DNA of 64,000 bases from Leucoraja ocellata (lineage: Eukaryota), in contig JAWMAR010001442.1 in assembly GCA_036785375.1 (NCBI GenBank), positions 1 to 64,000 of the forward strand. Reading direction: 5' to 3'. Under the pieces are notes generated by a model that saw only the letters and a list, made by a program, of their open reading frames with translations, searched no databases and was not told where the DNA came from. Positions 47,695 through 60,925 of this stretch are shown piece by piece. The first letter of the stretch is position 1; each line of letters starts with the position of its first letter. A program made the translations under genes and the position numbers.

Positions 47695-50600
47695 TGCATC
47701 GTGGCTTGGTTCGTTAGGAGCGGAAAAGAATACAGAAAGTTGTGACCACTGCCCAGTCCACCATCGGCTCTGACCTCCCCACCATCGAAGGGACCTATCG
47801 CAGTCGCTGGCTCAAAAAGCCTGCCAACATCATCAAGGACCCACACCATCCTGGCCACACACTCATCTCTCCGTTGCCATCGGGAAGAAGGTACAGGAGC
47901 TTGAAAACTGGAACATCCAGGTTCAGGAACAGCAACTTCCCCACAGCCATCAGGCTATTAAACACGCCATCAAACAAACTCTGAACAATAGCAGCCTATT
48001 GCAACATATCCGGTTATTTATTGTGTATATATATGGTCTATGGTCTACAGACACTGAACTTTTATCTCCTTTTCTGAAACATGTTTACATATTCTGTTGT
48101 GCTGCAGCAAGCAAGAATGTCATTGCCCTATCTGGGACACATGACAATAAAACTCTCTTGACTTGACTGGACTTGACTTGAGTGACTACTGCATCTGCCA
48201 CGCATCTGCCCACTCACTCAACCTGTCCAGGTCACCCTGCAACCTCCCAACATCCTCTTCACAGTTCACACTGCCAGCCAGCTTTGTGTCATCCACAAAT
48301 TTGCCAGTGTTGCTCCTAATTCCCTCTTCCAAATCATTAATATATATGGTAAACAGTTGCGGCCCCAACACCGAGCCTTGCGGCACTCCACTCGCCACTG
48401 CCTGCCATTCTGAAAAAGACCTATAATTTCATCAGTGTGCTGGGACCAGGAAAGATCTTGTTATAATATGGCAGAAACTCTCCTCTGTACTGATCTGTGC
48501 TGCATCTGCTATGGAGTGCTGATGGGAAAGTGTTCAGGACCCATTACAAATAATCTGCTCCAATGTGATAATTGTGTTCTGAAGAAGCTTCATGTTGTAC
48601 AAAATCACTTTGTAAAGACAATGATACCAATGGGGGAAAGGAGGCTTCGGGGCTAAAGTGTTTCAGATTCGCAATAAGAAAGTTACTTTTCCCACAGGAT
48701 TTTAAAAATAAAGGTATTTTCAATATCTATAATATCTTTCTTTTGGTACCTCAAACTAAAAATACTAAAGGCACCACTACAAAATAAAGTGCTGGAGTAA
48801 AAATGGGTCAGGCAGCATCTCTGGAGAACATGGTTGTGATGTTTCAGGTTGGGATTCTTCTTCATTGATTGTGGTGGTGGAGTGTGTGTGGGGTGTGGGG
48901 GGGGGTAGTACAAAACCTGGCAAGTGATAGGTAGATAGAGGTGAGGGAGATTATCGATAGGAATTGCAGATGCTAGTTTACACCGAAATAGGCCCAAAAT
49001 GCTGGAGTAACACAGCGGGTCAGAGAGCATCTCTGGAGAAATTTCGGGTCAAGACCGTTCTTCAGACTGAGTCAGGGGAAAGGGAAACTAGAGATATGAA
49101 AAGGTACAAAATAAATGAGAGCCATCATCGATGACTCAGGAAAGGTAGAGCCCACAATGGTCTATTGTTGGCTGTGGATGAAGTGATAATAAAGGGATAC
49201 GAACCATGAAACTAGCAAGTTGTCTCGGGTGGTGGAGGGAGGGAGAGATAGGGATTGCAAGGGACCCCGACAGTCCTCTTAGGTGAGGCAGAGGTTCACG
49301 CACCTCCTCCAACCTCCAATGTATCGGCGAGACTAAGCACAGACTGGGCGATCATTTTGCTGACACACCTAGGCTCAGTCCACCTTGGCCTACGAGACCT
49401 ACCAGTTGCCAAAGATGTTAACTCCTCTTCCCATTCCCACATTGACCTTTCCGTCCTGTGCCTCCTCCACTATCAGACTGAGGCCACATGCAAATTGCAG
49501 AACTAGCACCTCATATTATGCTTGGGCAGCTTACAACCCAGCGGTATGAATATTGATTTCTCCAACTTCAAGTAACCCTTGCAATCCCTCTCTCGCTTCT
49601 CTCCTCAGACTGAAGAAGGGTCCCAAGCTGACACTTCCCCTACCCATTTTCTCCAGAGATGCTGCCTGACCTGTTGAGCTACTCCAGCATTTTGTGTCGA
49701 TCTTTGGTACAAACCAGCATCTGCAGATCATTTTTATTATATTCTGTAATACAATATCATGACTGCTAATGGCAGACAAATTGAACCTGCAGAAATTAAA
49801 TAAACACATTGAACAAATCAACACCTCACAATACCATCCATGGGCCACAGACTGCCACATGTTTATCTGGGCTTTAAGAGGAGGGAGATCCACTTCATTA
49901 AATTTCATTACATTATCATTTGCATTAACGTGGATGAAAACTTCATGAGGTATCAAAGACAGCCATTGATTTACTTGAATCGCAGCAATCATTTGTTATT
50001 AATAACTGCCAGATGTCTGAAACTCTGATAACATTTCGACCCAGTCCTTCTCCTTATACTTCCTCATAGGTTGCACAGGCAGGTTTAATTTGAGCAGGGG
50101 GCCCTCCCAGCAGAGCTGTTACTACAAAGAATAAGCATACTGCTTTACATATGAAAAAAATAATTCTGATGCTGTGTTTTTCACTAACAGGTTCATGTTT
50201 ACCCCACGAAATGGGGCTGAAAGAATTAAAACCAATGGGCAATGAAGACCCTCTCCGCATTTCAGTAAATTTGCCACGTTTAGAAATGGGCTCAAAGTGC
50301 TGGTGATTTTCATTGATCATGATTACACTGATTAATGGGAACGAGCTGTCCAGATGTACGTACACCTGCATTTTAGGTTCTGATGGAGCTGAGAGACTCC
50401 CACCAGCAACTTATTCTGTGTTTACTCGAGCTGATCATAGAGATCCACCCTGATGACTGTAGTTAAAGTGATCGGGTAGATGGGAATTGGCAGCATCAAA
50501 GCAATAAACTAAGGACAAACTAAAAAGTTGTGACAAGCTGCATTTACAGCATTACAAAATGCCGTGGGCAGAATCCCTGCAGAATGTGTTTCAGCTGATG

Positions 50601-52059
50601 AGAACCAAGGCTGCTCAGTGAATCAGGTTTAAGACTGAAACAGCAGCCAGGGCCACAATCAATAGACAATAGACATAGACAATAGACAATAGGTGCAGGA
50701 GTAGGCCATTCGGCCCTTCGAGTCAGCACCGCTATTCAATGTGATCATGGCTGATCATCCCAAATCAGTACCCCGTTCCTGCCTTCTCCCCATATCCCCT
50801 GACTCCACTATCTTTAAGAGCCCTATCTTGCTCTCTCTTGAAAGTATACAGAGAACCGGCCTCCACCGCCCACTGGCAGAGAATTCCACACTCACAACTC
50901 TCTGTGTGATAAAGTGTTTCATCATCTCCGTTCTAAATATCTTACCCCTTATTCTTAAACTGTTGCCCCTAGTTCTGGCCCCAACATTGGGAACATGTTT
51001 CCTGCCTCTATCATGTCCAAACCCTTAATAATCTTATATGTTTCAATAAGACGCCCTCTCATCCATCTGAACTCCAGAGTATACAAGCCCAGCCTCTCCA
51101 TTCTCTCAGCGGAGGTGCTGGGGGAGAACATGAAGCAGTGAGTGGGGGCGGGAGAGGGAGAGGGGGAGGGTCGGAGCCGCGTCTGGGTTGTCAATGTGAT
51201 CGGGACAGAAAGGACAGTGTGGGAATGGGAGGGGTAGTTAAAGCGTTTCGCAACCAGGAGGGTCTGATACAGTGCTGCATCTATAAACTAAACTAAAAAA
51301 GGTTTTGACTGTCTGGTTAAGAGATGAGCCCATGGGCTCACTGGTCTGAGGGCTATAGAAAGAATCTTGCACTTTGCTGACTTTCACAAGCAATGTTAAA
51401 CTGAGACCAACGAGGTAACGACAATAGTTTGTTTTAGAGAGATGGCATGAAAACAGGCCCTTCAGCCCACCGTGTCCACACCAACCAACGATCACCCATA
51501 CACTAGTCCTATATCCTTATAGGGCAGTGGAGGCCAAATTACTGGATGGATTTAAGACAGAGTTAGATAGAGCTCTAGGGACTAGTGGAATCAAGGGTTA
51601 TGGGGAGAAGGCAAGCACAGATATTTGGCTTAAAACCAGAGATGGGATGAGGCTGGAAATGTTCAAGTGAGCAGGTGGGGCAATTTACGGCAAAAATCTT
51701 TCCTGTTACCTGATGTTGCTCAATGTACTGCGGGTTTCTTATTTTAGTTCCTGATCTAACGAGGAGCAATAAAGTGCAGTCTGGTCCTAGTCTCTTCCAC
51801 TAGTGGAAACATCCTCTCCACATCCACTCTATCCAGGCCTTTCACTATTCGGTAAGTTTCTATGAGGAGCCCCCCTCATTCCTCGAGGCAAGCAAGGTCC
51901 TTTACGGGCTGAGGTCCTTTACAGTTTGTAGAAAGGGAACATAAGTCCTATTTTCCCATATAGTGTCTTAAACTGATCATTGTCTGCTGCCTCTGCAAAT
52001 GGTATGTGCTTATTAGTATCATGAGGGAATGTGGTTCACATACATTGACAGTTGTGCAG

Positions 52060-52795
52060 GAAGGAACTGCAGATGCTGGTTTACACCGAAGATAGACACA
52101 AAATGCTAGAGTAACTCTGCGGGTAAGGCAGCAACTCTCGAGAGAAGGAATGGGTGATGTTTTGGGGTGAGACCTTTCTTCAGACTGGGAGGGGGTATAG
52201 AGATATGGAGGGGAAAGGTGTGAAAAGGATAGATCAAAGCAGATCGTGATAAGGAAAGGTAGAAAGGTTCATTGTTAGCTATGGGGAAGGTGACAACGAG
52301 GCACACAATCAGTAATATTTAATCAGGAGGACAGTGAAACTGGTCAGAGAACTAGGGTGGGGGAGGGATGGAGAGAGAGGGAAAGCTAGGGTTACTTGAA
52401 GTTAGAGAAGTCAATAGTGATACCGCTGGGGTGTAAGCTGCCCAAGCAAAATATGAGATGCTGTTCCTCCAATTTGCGCTGGGCCTCACTCTGACAGTGG
52501 AGGAGGCCCAGGGCAGACAGGTCAGTGTGGGAATGGGAGGGGTAGTTAAAGCGTTTAGCAACCAGGAGATCGTGTAGGCTTAGGCAAACTGGGTGGTGGT
52601 GTTCAGCAAAGCGATCATCAAGCCTGTGCTTGGTCTCGCTGATATAAAGGAGTTCAAACCTGGAACAGCGGATACAGTAGATGAGGTTGGAGTAGATGCA
52701 AGTGAACCTCTGCCTCACCTGAAAGGACTGGCCTGGTCCTTGGACGGAGTCGAGGGAGGAGGTGTAGGGACAGGTGTTGCATCTCTTGTGGTTGT
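52060..52795 (-). mobile_element. Penelope-like element fragment
   Basis: RQRFTCIYSNLIYCIRCSR..YISETKHRLDDRFAEH...EEQHLIFCLGSLHPSG. Confidence 0.85.
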
Positions 52796-55419
52796 AGGGG
52801 AAATTGTGTGATGTGGTTGCTTAGATCCAAGAGTTATGCTCAAGCCAAGGGTCTTGTGCTGTGAGCCAAGGTTCAGTGAAAAAGTAGTTACACTCAAAGT
52901 TTCTGTGTAAGTGACAGATGTTTTTAAGAAGACAAAACTCCCAAGTGAAGTATGCAGCCATTAGTGAATAATACAGGATTAATCCTAGTTCAGATTTATA
53001 GTTTTCCACTTAAACCACCCACATTGAAGAATGCAGGCTTATTTTAAAATCTAGCTGGGTGAGACATTTAGACAAGTAAAATACCTTCTGGTTTTTGCTT
53101 TGTGGATTAATTGGCTTGATATAAATGTAAATTGTTCCTAGTGTGTGCAGGGTAGTTAATGTGTGGGTATCGCTGGTTGACGTGGACTCAGTGGGCTGAA
53201 GGGCCTGATACAGTGCTGTATCTATAAACTAAACTAAAAAAGGTTTTGACTGTCTGGTTAAGAGATGAGCCCATGGGCTCACTGGTCTGAGGGCTATTGA
53301 AAGAATCTTGCACTTTGCTGACTTTCACAAGCAATGTTAAACTGAGACCAACGAGGTGAAGGCAATAGTTTGTTTTAGAGAGATGGCATGAAAACAGGCC
53401 CTTCCGCCCACCGTGTCCACGCTAACCAACAATCACCTGTACACTAGGCCTATATCCTACACAATAGGGGAAATTTACAGAAGTCAATTTACCTACAAAC
53501 CGGCATATCTCTGAAATGTGGGTGGAAACCCATGCAGGACACAGGGAGAACATACAAACTCCGTCCAGATAGCAGGCATAGTCAGGATCGAACCCGGGTC
53601 TCTGGCACTGTAAGGCGGCAACTCTACCACAGTGCCACCGTGCTGATCAATTTACTTGATGCTAAGGGAGTTGTATGTTAGCCCTCTGCAAACTTTGAAA
53701 CCCAATGATTGTTCCTTCTCCTTTTGGCACATCAAGTCCTCTCCGTCATTCAATCATATCTGGATTGGCATGGCTTAGAACATCAGAACAACCATCTGCC
53801 ACTGCCACTGATTTCTCAGGGACTACAAATGGAAAATGCACTCCAGTAATCCCTCTGTGTGCTTTATATCTGTCTGTTACTGTGTTCAGATTTGTCAAAT
53901 ATTGAATTGCATTTCAACAGTGGAGTCTTTAGGTTTAAAGAGTTAAGCGTGAAACTGTTAAAGCGGAAGTATTTTCATGCCAGGAACTAGCTACACATGC
54001 TTTGACTGTAGACAACTCTCATTTGGTAAATGTCAAAAATATTCTGCTACTTTTTAAGTATTTTGCCCCAACAAGGTAGGGTGGTGCAGCGGTAGAGTTG
54101 CTGCCTCACAGCGTCGGGTGCTGTCTGTACAGAGTTTGTACGTTCTCCCCGTAACCCGTGTGGGTTTTCTCCAGGTGCTCTGGTTTCCTCCTACACTCCA
54201 AAGACGTACAGGATTTTAGGTTAATTGGCTTTGGTAAAAAGCGCCCAGTGTATAGGATAGTGCTGGCATACAAGTGAATGCTGGGCGGCATGGACATGGT
54301 GGGCCAAAGGGCCCGTTGCCACACTGTATGTGAAAATGAAAATACTTGAGATTGAATAGTGTTTCACGTTTATTCCTTGACAGATCAAAGTATGATTAAG
54401 CCAAACCCTTATCCCTTGTGTTGATCAAATGAAGGGGTGCCTAAGACCCTCCCCCACCTGCCCTTCACTTCTGGAGTAATAGAATCAAGCTCATAACTTT
54501 TGGAAACATCTTCCTTTAGTTCAGTTTCTACATGTGGGGTTTAATTCAATGCAGATTTAACTTTCTCCTGTGAATCATTATCTTGTCCATCACTCGGGTT
54601 CCATCAACGTATTTCATTTATTGAACTGTCAACAATTTCATGTTGACGGCAAAGTTGGAGCTTGTGTGCATTGGCAATGTAGCTCTTTCATATAAGCAAG
54701 ACACCAGCCAGACTATGAAAGAACAGAGTGCTGGAGTAACTCAGCGGTTCGAGTAGCATCTCTGGAGAACATGGGTGGGTGACATTTTGGTACAGTACCC
54801 TTCTTCAGGACCAGACATCAACGAGTGCTGGACTCACCACGACATAGAAACATAGAAAATAGATGCAGGAGTTGGCCATACACCCTTCGAGCCAGCACCG
54901 CCTTTCAATATGATCATGGCTGATCATCCAAAATCAATACCCCATTCCTGCTATCTCACCATATCCCTTGATTACGTTTATCCATAAAAGCCACATTCAA
55001 CTCTCTCTTGAAAACATCCAGTGAATTGGCCTCCACTGCCTTCTGTGGCAGAGGATTCCACAGATGTTCTGCGTGAAGGTTTTTCCCTCACCTCAGTCCT
55101 AAATGGCCTAACCCTTATTCTTAAACTGTGACCCCTGGTTCTGGACTCCCCCAACATCGGGAACATTCTTCCTGCATCTAGACTGTTCAATCCTTTAAGA
55201 ATTTTATGTGTTTCTATAAGATTGCCTCTCATCCTTCTCAATTCCAGCGAATACAAGCCCAGTCGACCCATTCTTTCATCATATGTCATTCCCGCCATCC
55301 CGGGAATTAACCTGGTGAACTTACGCTACAATCCCTCAATAGCAAAAATGTCCGTCCTCAAATTAGGAAAGGTGCAGAAGTTTGAAAACGCACACCTCCA
55401 GATTCAGGAACAGTTTCCT

Positions 55420-56320
55420 CCCTGTGTCTCTTCCATACCCCGCAACACTGCTCTCTCTCCCCATCCCCGCACTCGCAACAAGGGCAGAGTCCCCCTAGTC
55501 CTCACCTTTCACCCCACCAGCCGGCAAATACAACAAATCATCCTCCGCCATTTTCGCCACCTCCAACGTGACCCCACCACTCGCCACATCTTCCCATCTC
55601 CCCCCATGTCTGCCTTCCGCAAAGACCGCTCCCTCCGCAACTCCCTTGTCAATTCTTCCCTTCCCTGCCGTACCACCCCCTCCCCGGGCACTTTCCATTG
55701 CAACTGCAAGAAATGCAACACCCGTCCCTTTACCTCCCCCCTTCAACTCCATTCAAGGAGCCAAGCAGTCGTTCCAGGTGCGACCTGTATCTCCTCCAAC
55801 CTCATCTACTGAATCCGCTGCTCTAGCTGTCAGCTGATTTACATCGGTGAGACTAAGCGGAGGTTGGGCGATCGTTTCGCCGAACACCTCTGCTCAGTCC
55901 GCAAGACTACCTGAACTCCCGGTGGCTCAGCACTTCAACTCCCCCTCCCATTCCCAATCCGACCTCTCTGTCCTGGGTCTCCTCCATTGCCAGAGTGAGC
56001 AACACCGGAAATTGGAGGAACAGCACCTCATATTCCTGGGTAGCCTGCGTCCGTCGGGCATGAACATTGAATTCTCCCAATTTTGCTAGCCCTTGCTGTC
56101 TCCTCCCCTTCCTTAACCCTTGAGCTGTCTCCTCCCATCCCCCCGCCCTCGGGCTCCTCCTCGTCCCTTTTTCCTTTCTTCTCCCCCTATCGGTCTGAAG
56201 AAGGGTTTCGGCCCGAAACGTCACCTATTTCCTTCGCTCCATAGATGCTGCTGCACCCGCTGAGTTTCTCCAGCATTTTTGTGTACCTTCGATTTTCCAG
56301 CATCTGCAGTTTCTTCTTGA
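55420..56320 (+). mobile_element. Penelope-like element 3' part (linker, GIY-YIG, terminal repeat)
   Basis: RVPLVLTFHP...AFRKDRSLRNSLV...CNCKKC...SSNLIY...YIGETKRRLGDRFAEH. Confidence 0.9.
56192..56225 (+). ncRNA. Minimal type I hammerhead ribozyme motif of a Penelope-like element
   Basis: GGT-CTGAAGA-A-GGGT-TTCG-GCCC-GAAAC-GTC-ACC: CUGANGA and GAAA cores, stem II, palindromic ACGT stem III, GUC cleavage triplet, and GGT/ACC stem I. Confidence 0.65.
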
Positions 56321-57803
56321 ACACAGTTTCTTCCCTGCTGTTATCAGACAAATGAATCATCCTACCACAACCAGAGAGCAGTGCTGAACTACTATTGACT
56401 TCATTGGTGACCCTCAGACTATCCTTGATCGGACTTTGCTGGCTTTATCTTGCATTAAACGTTATTCTCTTACCATGTATCTATACACTGTAAATGACTC
56501 GATTGTAATCATGCATTGTCTTTCTGCTGACATGCGATAAAAAGCTTTTCTCTGTACACGTGACAATAATCTCAACTGAACTGAATTCCTTCTATCTAAC
56601 ACTTGAGTCCAGTAGCTTTTTACCACTGTGATGGTCATATGGTGATGTGGTTTATTCCCTTCTGGGCCTGCCTTCCATTCGTAAGATCGCAAGTTTGTAA
56701 ACCATCATATTCAGAGGTGACCTCATAATGTGCCTAGCTGGTGACCTCACAGTGAACTGCATCCGTAACCATGAGAGACGGGCTCCATTTCATCTGTCAA
56801 CTTGGCAAACTGGCTCCATTTCATCTGTCAACTTGAATTGGGTACGCAATAATCCTATTGCCAGGCATAGAAATAACCGGCAGCTACTAGAGGTGGAAAC
56901 TCTAACCTTCGCGGAGTTGATCAATAACCCAAGCAAGGAGTTTCGAGAATGCCGGAGACAAAGGACAGAGCCACGCAGACTTACAAGAGGAGATCTAAGG
57001 TAGATCTGAATCTGTTAATAGACCTAGATAAAAGGTGGAGTGACTCAGCGGGTCTTATTCTTAAACTGTGACCCTGGTTCTGGACTCCCCTACAGCGGGA
57101 ACATAGGGACATAGGGGTCTTCTGCCACCTCTAAGCTTTTTTTTTATGGGAGAGAATCGTATCCATCCAGTGACAACCCTGTCTCCTGTCTCCAACATTC
57201 CCCTACCTCTTCCCACCCCACATCTTCCCCCCCACCCCCCTGCCCCCAGTCCCTACCCAGCTTTCTACCCTCTCTGGACCTTTTTATATCCACTGTGGGT
57301 GCAACAACTGTCTTGGCTTCTCTACTCCACTGTCCCACTCAAACCGGAAGGGTCCCGACCTGAAACAACAAATGTCAAGGAGCATCTCTGGAGAACATGG
57401 ATAGGTGACATTTCACAAAGTACTGGAGTAACTCAGCGGGCCAGGCAGCATCTCTGTCAACTTGGATAGGTGACGTTTCACAGGACAATGAAGCTAGTTG
57501 GAGAACTAGGGGGGGGGGGGGGGGGGGGAGGGAGGGTTGGAGAGAGAGGGAAAGCAAGAGTTACTTGAAGTTGGAGAATCAATATTCATATCGCTGAGAT
57601 GTAATCTGTCTGTCCCGCTGAGTTTTTCGAGCAGTTTGTGTCTATCTTTAGTGTAAACCAGCATCTGCTGTTTCTTCACATTTTGTCTTGCCCACATTTA
57701 CAAAGATGCTCCATCAACACCAGTCCCACCTCCCTTCACTTGCTCCATATCTATCCATACCCATCCTATCCATGTCAAGAGTCAAGAGTGTTTTATTGTC
57801 ATA

Positions 57804-58290
57804 CTAGACTAAGTGGACCCGTTGGGTCCCAGTCACACGGGAGGCCTGGTCCCCCAATGCAATACTCCACCACTCACCTGTTCCCCATCGCAATGGCGGA
57901 GCGTTCTGTAGCGGGGGGACAGGGCCGACCTCAGGCGGGGAGCGTCTGCAGCCAGGGAGGGTGACGGCTTCAGGCGGGGCCTGTCGGGGGGGGGGGTGGG
58001 TGGGGGGGAGAGAGGTGGGAGGGGGAGAGGGGTTGGGAGGGAGAGGGGTTTGGGAGGGAGAGGGTGGTTGTAGGATGTGGGTGGGTGGGGGGTGGGGGTA
58101 GGGGGTTGTGGGGGTGGGAGGATGGTGGGGGGAAAAGGGGGGTAGGAGGGATGTGGGGCAGGGGGGTTGTGGGTGTAGGAGAGGGGTGCGTGGTCGGGGG
58201 GAGTGTGGGGTAGTGTGGGGGAGGGGGGTGTGGGTGAGGGCAGGGAGGGGGTGTAGGGGAGGGGGATGCAGGGGAGGGAGGGTTGTGGGG
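57804..58290 (-). mobile_element. Helitron-like 3' terminus followed by G-rich low-complexity tract
   Basis: On the minus strand, hairpin GGACCC-aac-GGGTCC, then 7 nt, then CTAG|T. Confidence 0.6.
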
Positions 58291-60270
58291 GTGAATTTAT
58301 TATGAGGAATAAGGAAATGGTAGATGAGTTGAATAGGTACTTTGGATCTGGCTTCACTAAGGAGGACACAAACAATCTTCCTGATATAGTAGCAGCCAGA
58401 GGATCTGGGGTGACGGAGGTACTGAAGGAAATCTACATTGGACAGGAAATGGTGTTGGGTGGACTGATGGGACTGAAGGCTGATAAATCCCCAAATGGGC
58501 AAGGGAGAGCCAGTGGGGAGGATCTGCATCTAAATGTAGAGCAGACAAAATGTAACCAAGGCAGGAACGGGACCCAGACATGTAGTGTACCTGGACTTTC
58601 AGAAAGCATTTGATAAGGTCCCACATAGGACAGAATTAAGGCACATGGTATCGGGGGTAGAGTGCTGACATGGATAGAAAATTGGTTGGCAGATAGGAAA
58701 CAAAGAAGAGGGATTAACGGGTCCCTTTCAGAATGGCAGGCAGTGACTAGTGGGGCACCACAAGGCTCGGTGCTGGGACTGCAGCAATTTACAAAATACA
58801 TTAATGATTTAGATGAAGGGATTCAAAGTAACATGAGCAAATTTGCAGAAGTCACAAAGCTGGGTGACAGTGTGAACTGTGAGGAGGATGCTATGAGAAT
58901 GCAGGGTGACTTGGACAGGTTGGGTGAGTGGGCAGATGCATGGCAGGGAGGCAGGGAGGCAGATTATTATTGACTAAATGGTGTCAAGTTGGGAAAAGAG
59001 GAAGTACAACGGGATCGGGGGGTCCTTGTTCATCAATCAATGAAAGTAAGCATGCAAGTACAGCAGGCAGTGAAGAAAACGAATCGCATGTTGGCCTTCA
59101 CAACAAGAGGATTTGAGTATAGGAACAAATAGATCCTTCTGCAGTTGTACAGATCCCGACTGAGACCACATCTGGAGTATTGTGTGCAGTTTTGTCCCCT
59201 AATTTGAGGAAGGACATGCTGGCTATTGAGGGAGTGCAGCGTAGGTTTACAAGTTTAATTCCCGGGATGGCGGGACTGTCATATGCTGAGAGAATGGAGC
59301 GGCTGGGCTTGTATACTCTGGAGTTAAGAAGGATGAGAGGATATTCTTGAAACATATAAGATTATTAAGGGTTTGGACATGCTAGAGGCAGGAAACATGT
59401 TCCCGATGTTGGGGGGAGTCCAAAATCAGAGGCCACAGTTTAAGAATAAGGGGTAATCATTTAGAACGGAGACGAGGAAACACTTCTTCACACAAAGAGT
59501 TGTGAGTCTGTGGAATTCTCTGCCTTAGAGGGCAGTGGAGGTCGGTTCTCTGGATACTTTCAAGAGAGAGCTAGATAGGGCTCTTAAAGATAGCGGAGCC
59601 AGGGGATATGGGGAGAAGGCAGGAACGGGACCCAGACATGGCGTCGAAGGACAAGAAGCCGAAGCAATGAAGTGTAACCTAAATAACCGAACGGAAACGA
59701 AGCTGAAACGCCAACTAACCGAAAGGGTGGGACACCTAAAAGCAAACTAACCGAACGGACACGATGCTGCCGGGGGGGGGCGGAACGGGACTGTACAACT
59801 TGGAGCTCGGGATCAGAGTGCCCAGTCACCTATGGCTTGTGTGGGAACATGATCCCCACCCTCCCGTCTCCATCGGCCAGTGATATGATGGACACGTGGG
59901 TCTGGACCAATCGCTGACATGTCCCGCCCCCGGCCGTTATTTGACTTTTCGGCAGAGCAGCCATTCGGTGAGTTGGCATTTCGACAGAGCGACCTTTCGG
60001 TGAGTTTGCTTTTAGGCATCCTACCCTTTCGGTTAGTTGGCATTTCGGCTTTGTACCCTTTTGGTTCTTTGGTGTTTTGGCTTTGTTTCCATTCGGTTAT
60101 TTGGCTTCCACTTCTTTGGTTCAGCTTCTCGTCCTTCGATGCCACGTCCACACACAGGCAGGAACAGGGTACTGGTAGGGGATGATCAGCCATGATCACA
60201 TTGAATGGCGGTGCTGGGTCGAAGGGTCAAAAGACCTACTCCTGCACCCATTGTCTATTGTCTATTGGCT
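58290..60270 (+). mobile_element. CR1-type LINE remnant with internal deletion and nested insertions
   Basis: FIMRNKEMVDELNRYF, YLDFQKAFDKVP, GAPQGSVLG peptides through to the 3' UTR. Confidence 0.85.
59627..60155. mobile_element. Mutator-like TIR element with 10-bp TSD
   Basis: Long imperfect TIRs gacatggcgtcgaaggac.../...gtccttcgatgccacgtc. TSD aggcaggaac at 59617-26 and 60156-65. Confidence 0.65.
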
Positions 60271-60574
60271 CATCCCTGGATTGTGAATGGGGTCTCTTCC
60301 CGGGAGCTCTTTGTAACCCGAACAGTTTGCAAATGAGAAATGCAGGTACGGGTCATTTTCCCACTTGGTAAAAGATGCCTTCAGTCCCATAGCAATCGCC
60401 AAGTCCACCCTCTGGTGTCCCAAACACTCTACTGGATGGATGGGCTGTAAGTAAAGAGGGTGACTGTGCAGTGGGGAGGATCTGCATCTAAATGTAGTGC
60501 AGACAAAATGTAAAGTAAGAAACTGCAGATGCTGATTTACACCAAAGATAAACATAAAACGCTAGAGTAACTTA

Positions 60575-60925
60575 AGGGCCTGTCCCACTTTCCCAAATTA
60601 TTCACAAATTTTCCTGAATTATTCATGATTTCTTCCGAGTTTTCAAACTCGCAGAATGTCCGTAGTGAGTCCGTTGGAGGCGGTAGGAGTCTGTCGATAT
60701 ATTGTAGCGGCTCGGTATGCCAGCCGTAGGTACTCGGGACATCATGTAAGTTTTTTCAGCATGATGAAAAATGTTCACGAGTGAAAAGTTAGCCCTGAGT
60801 ACCTAAGGCTGGCATAACGAGCCACTACGATATATCATGGCCTCCTACGGACTTGTTACGAATATTCTGCGAGTTTGAAAACTTGGGAGAATTTGTGAAT
60901 AGCTTGGGAAAGTGGAACAGGCCCT
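60575..60925. mobile_element. PIF/Harbinger-type MITE
   Basis: TIRs agggcctgtcccactttccca / tgggaaagtggaacaggccct. Confidence 0.8.

Noticed and set aside
57804-58529. 241-aa Pro-rich ORF
   Set aside because: Translation of a G-rich low-complexity tract and antisense CR1.
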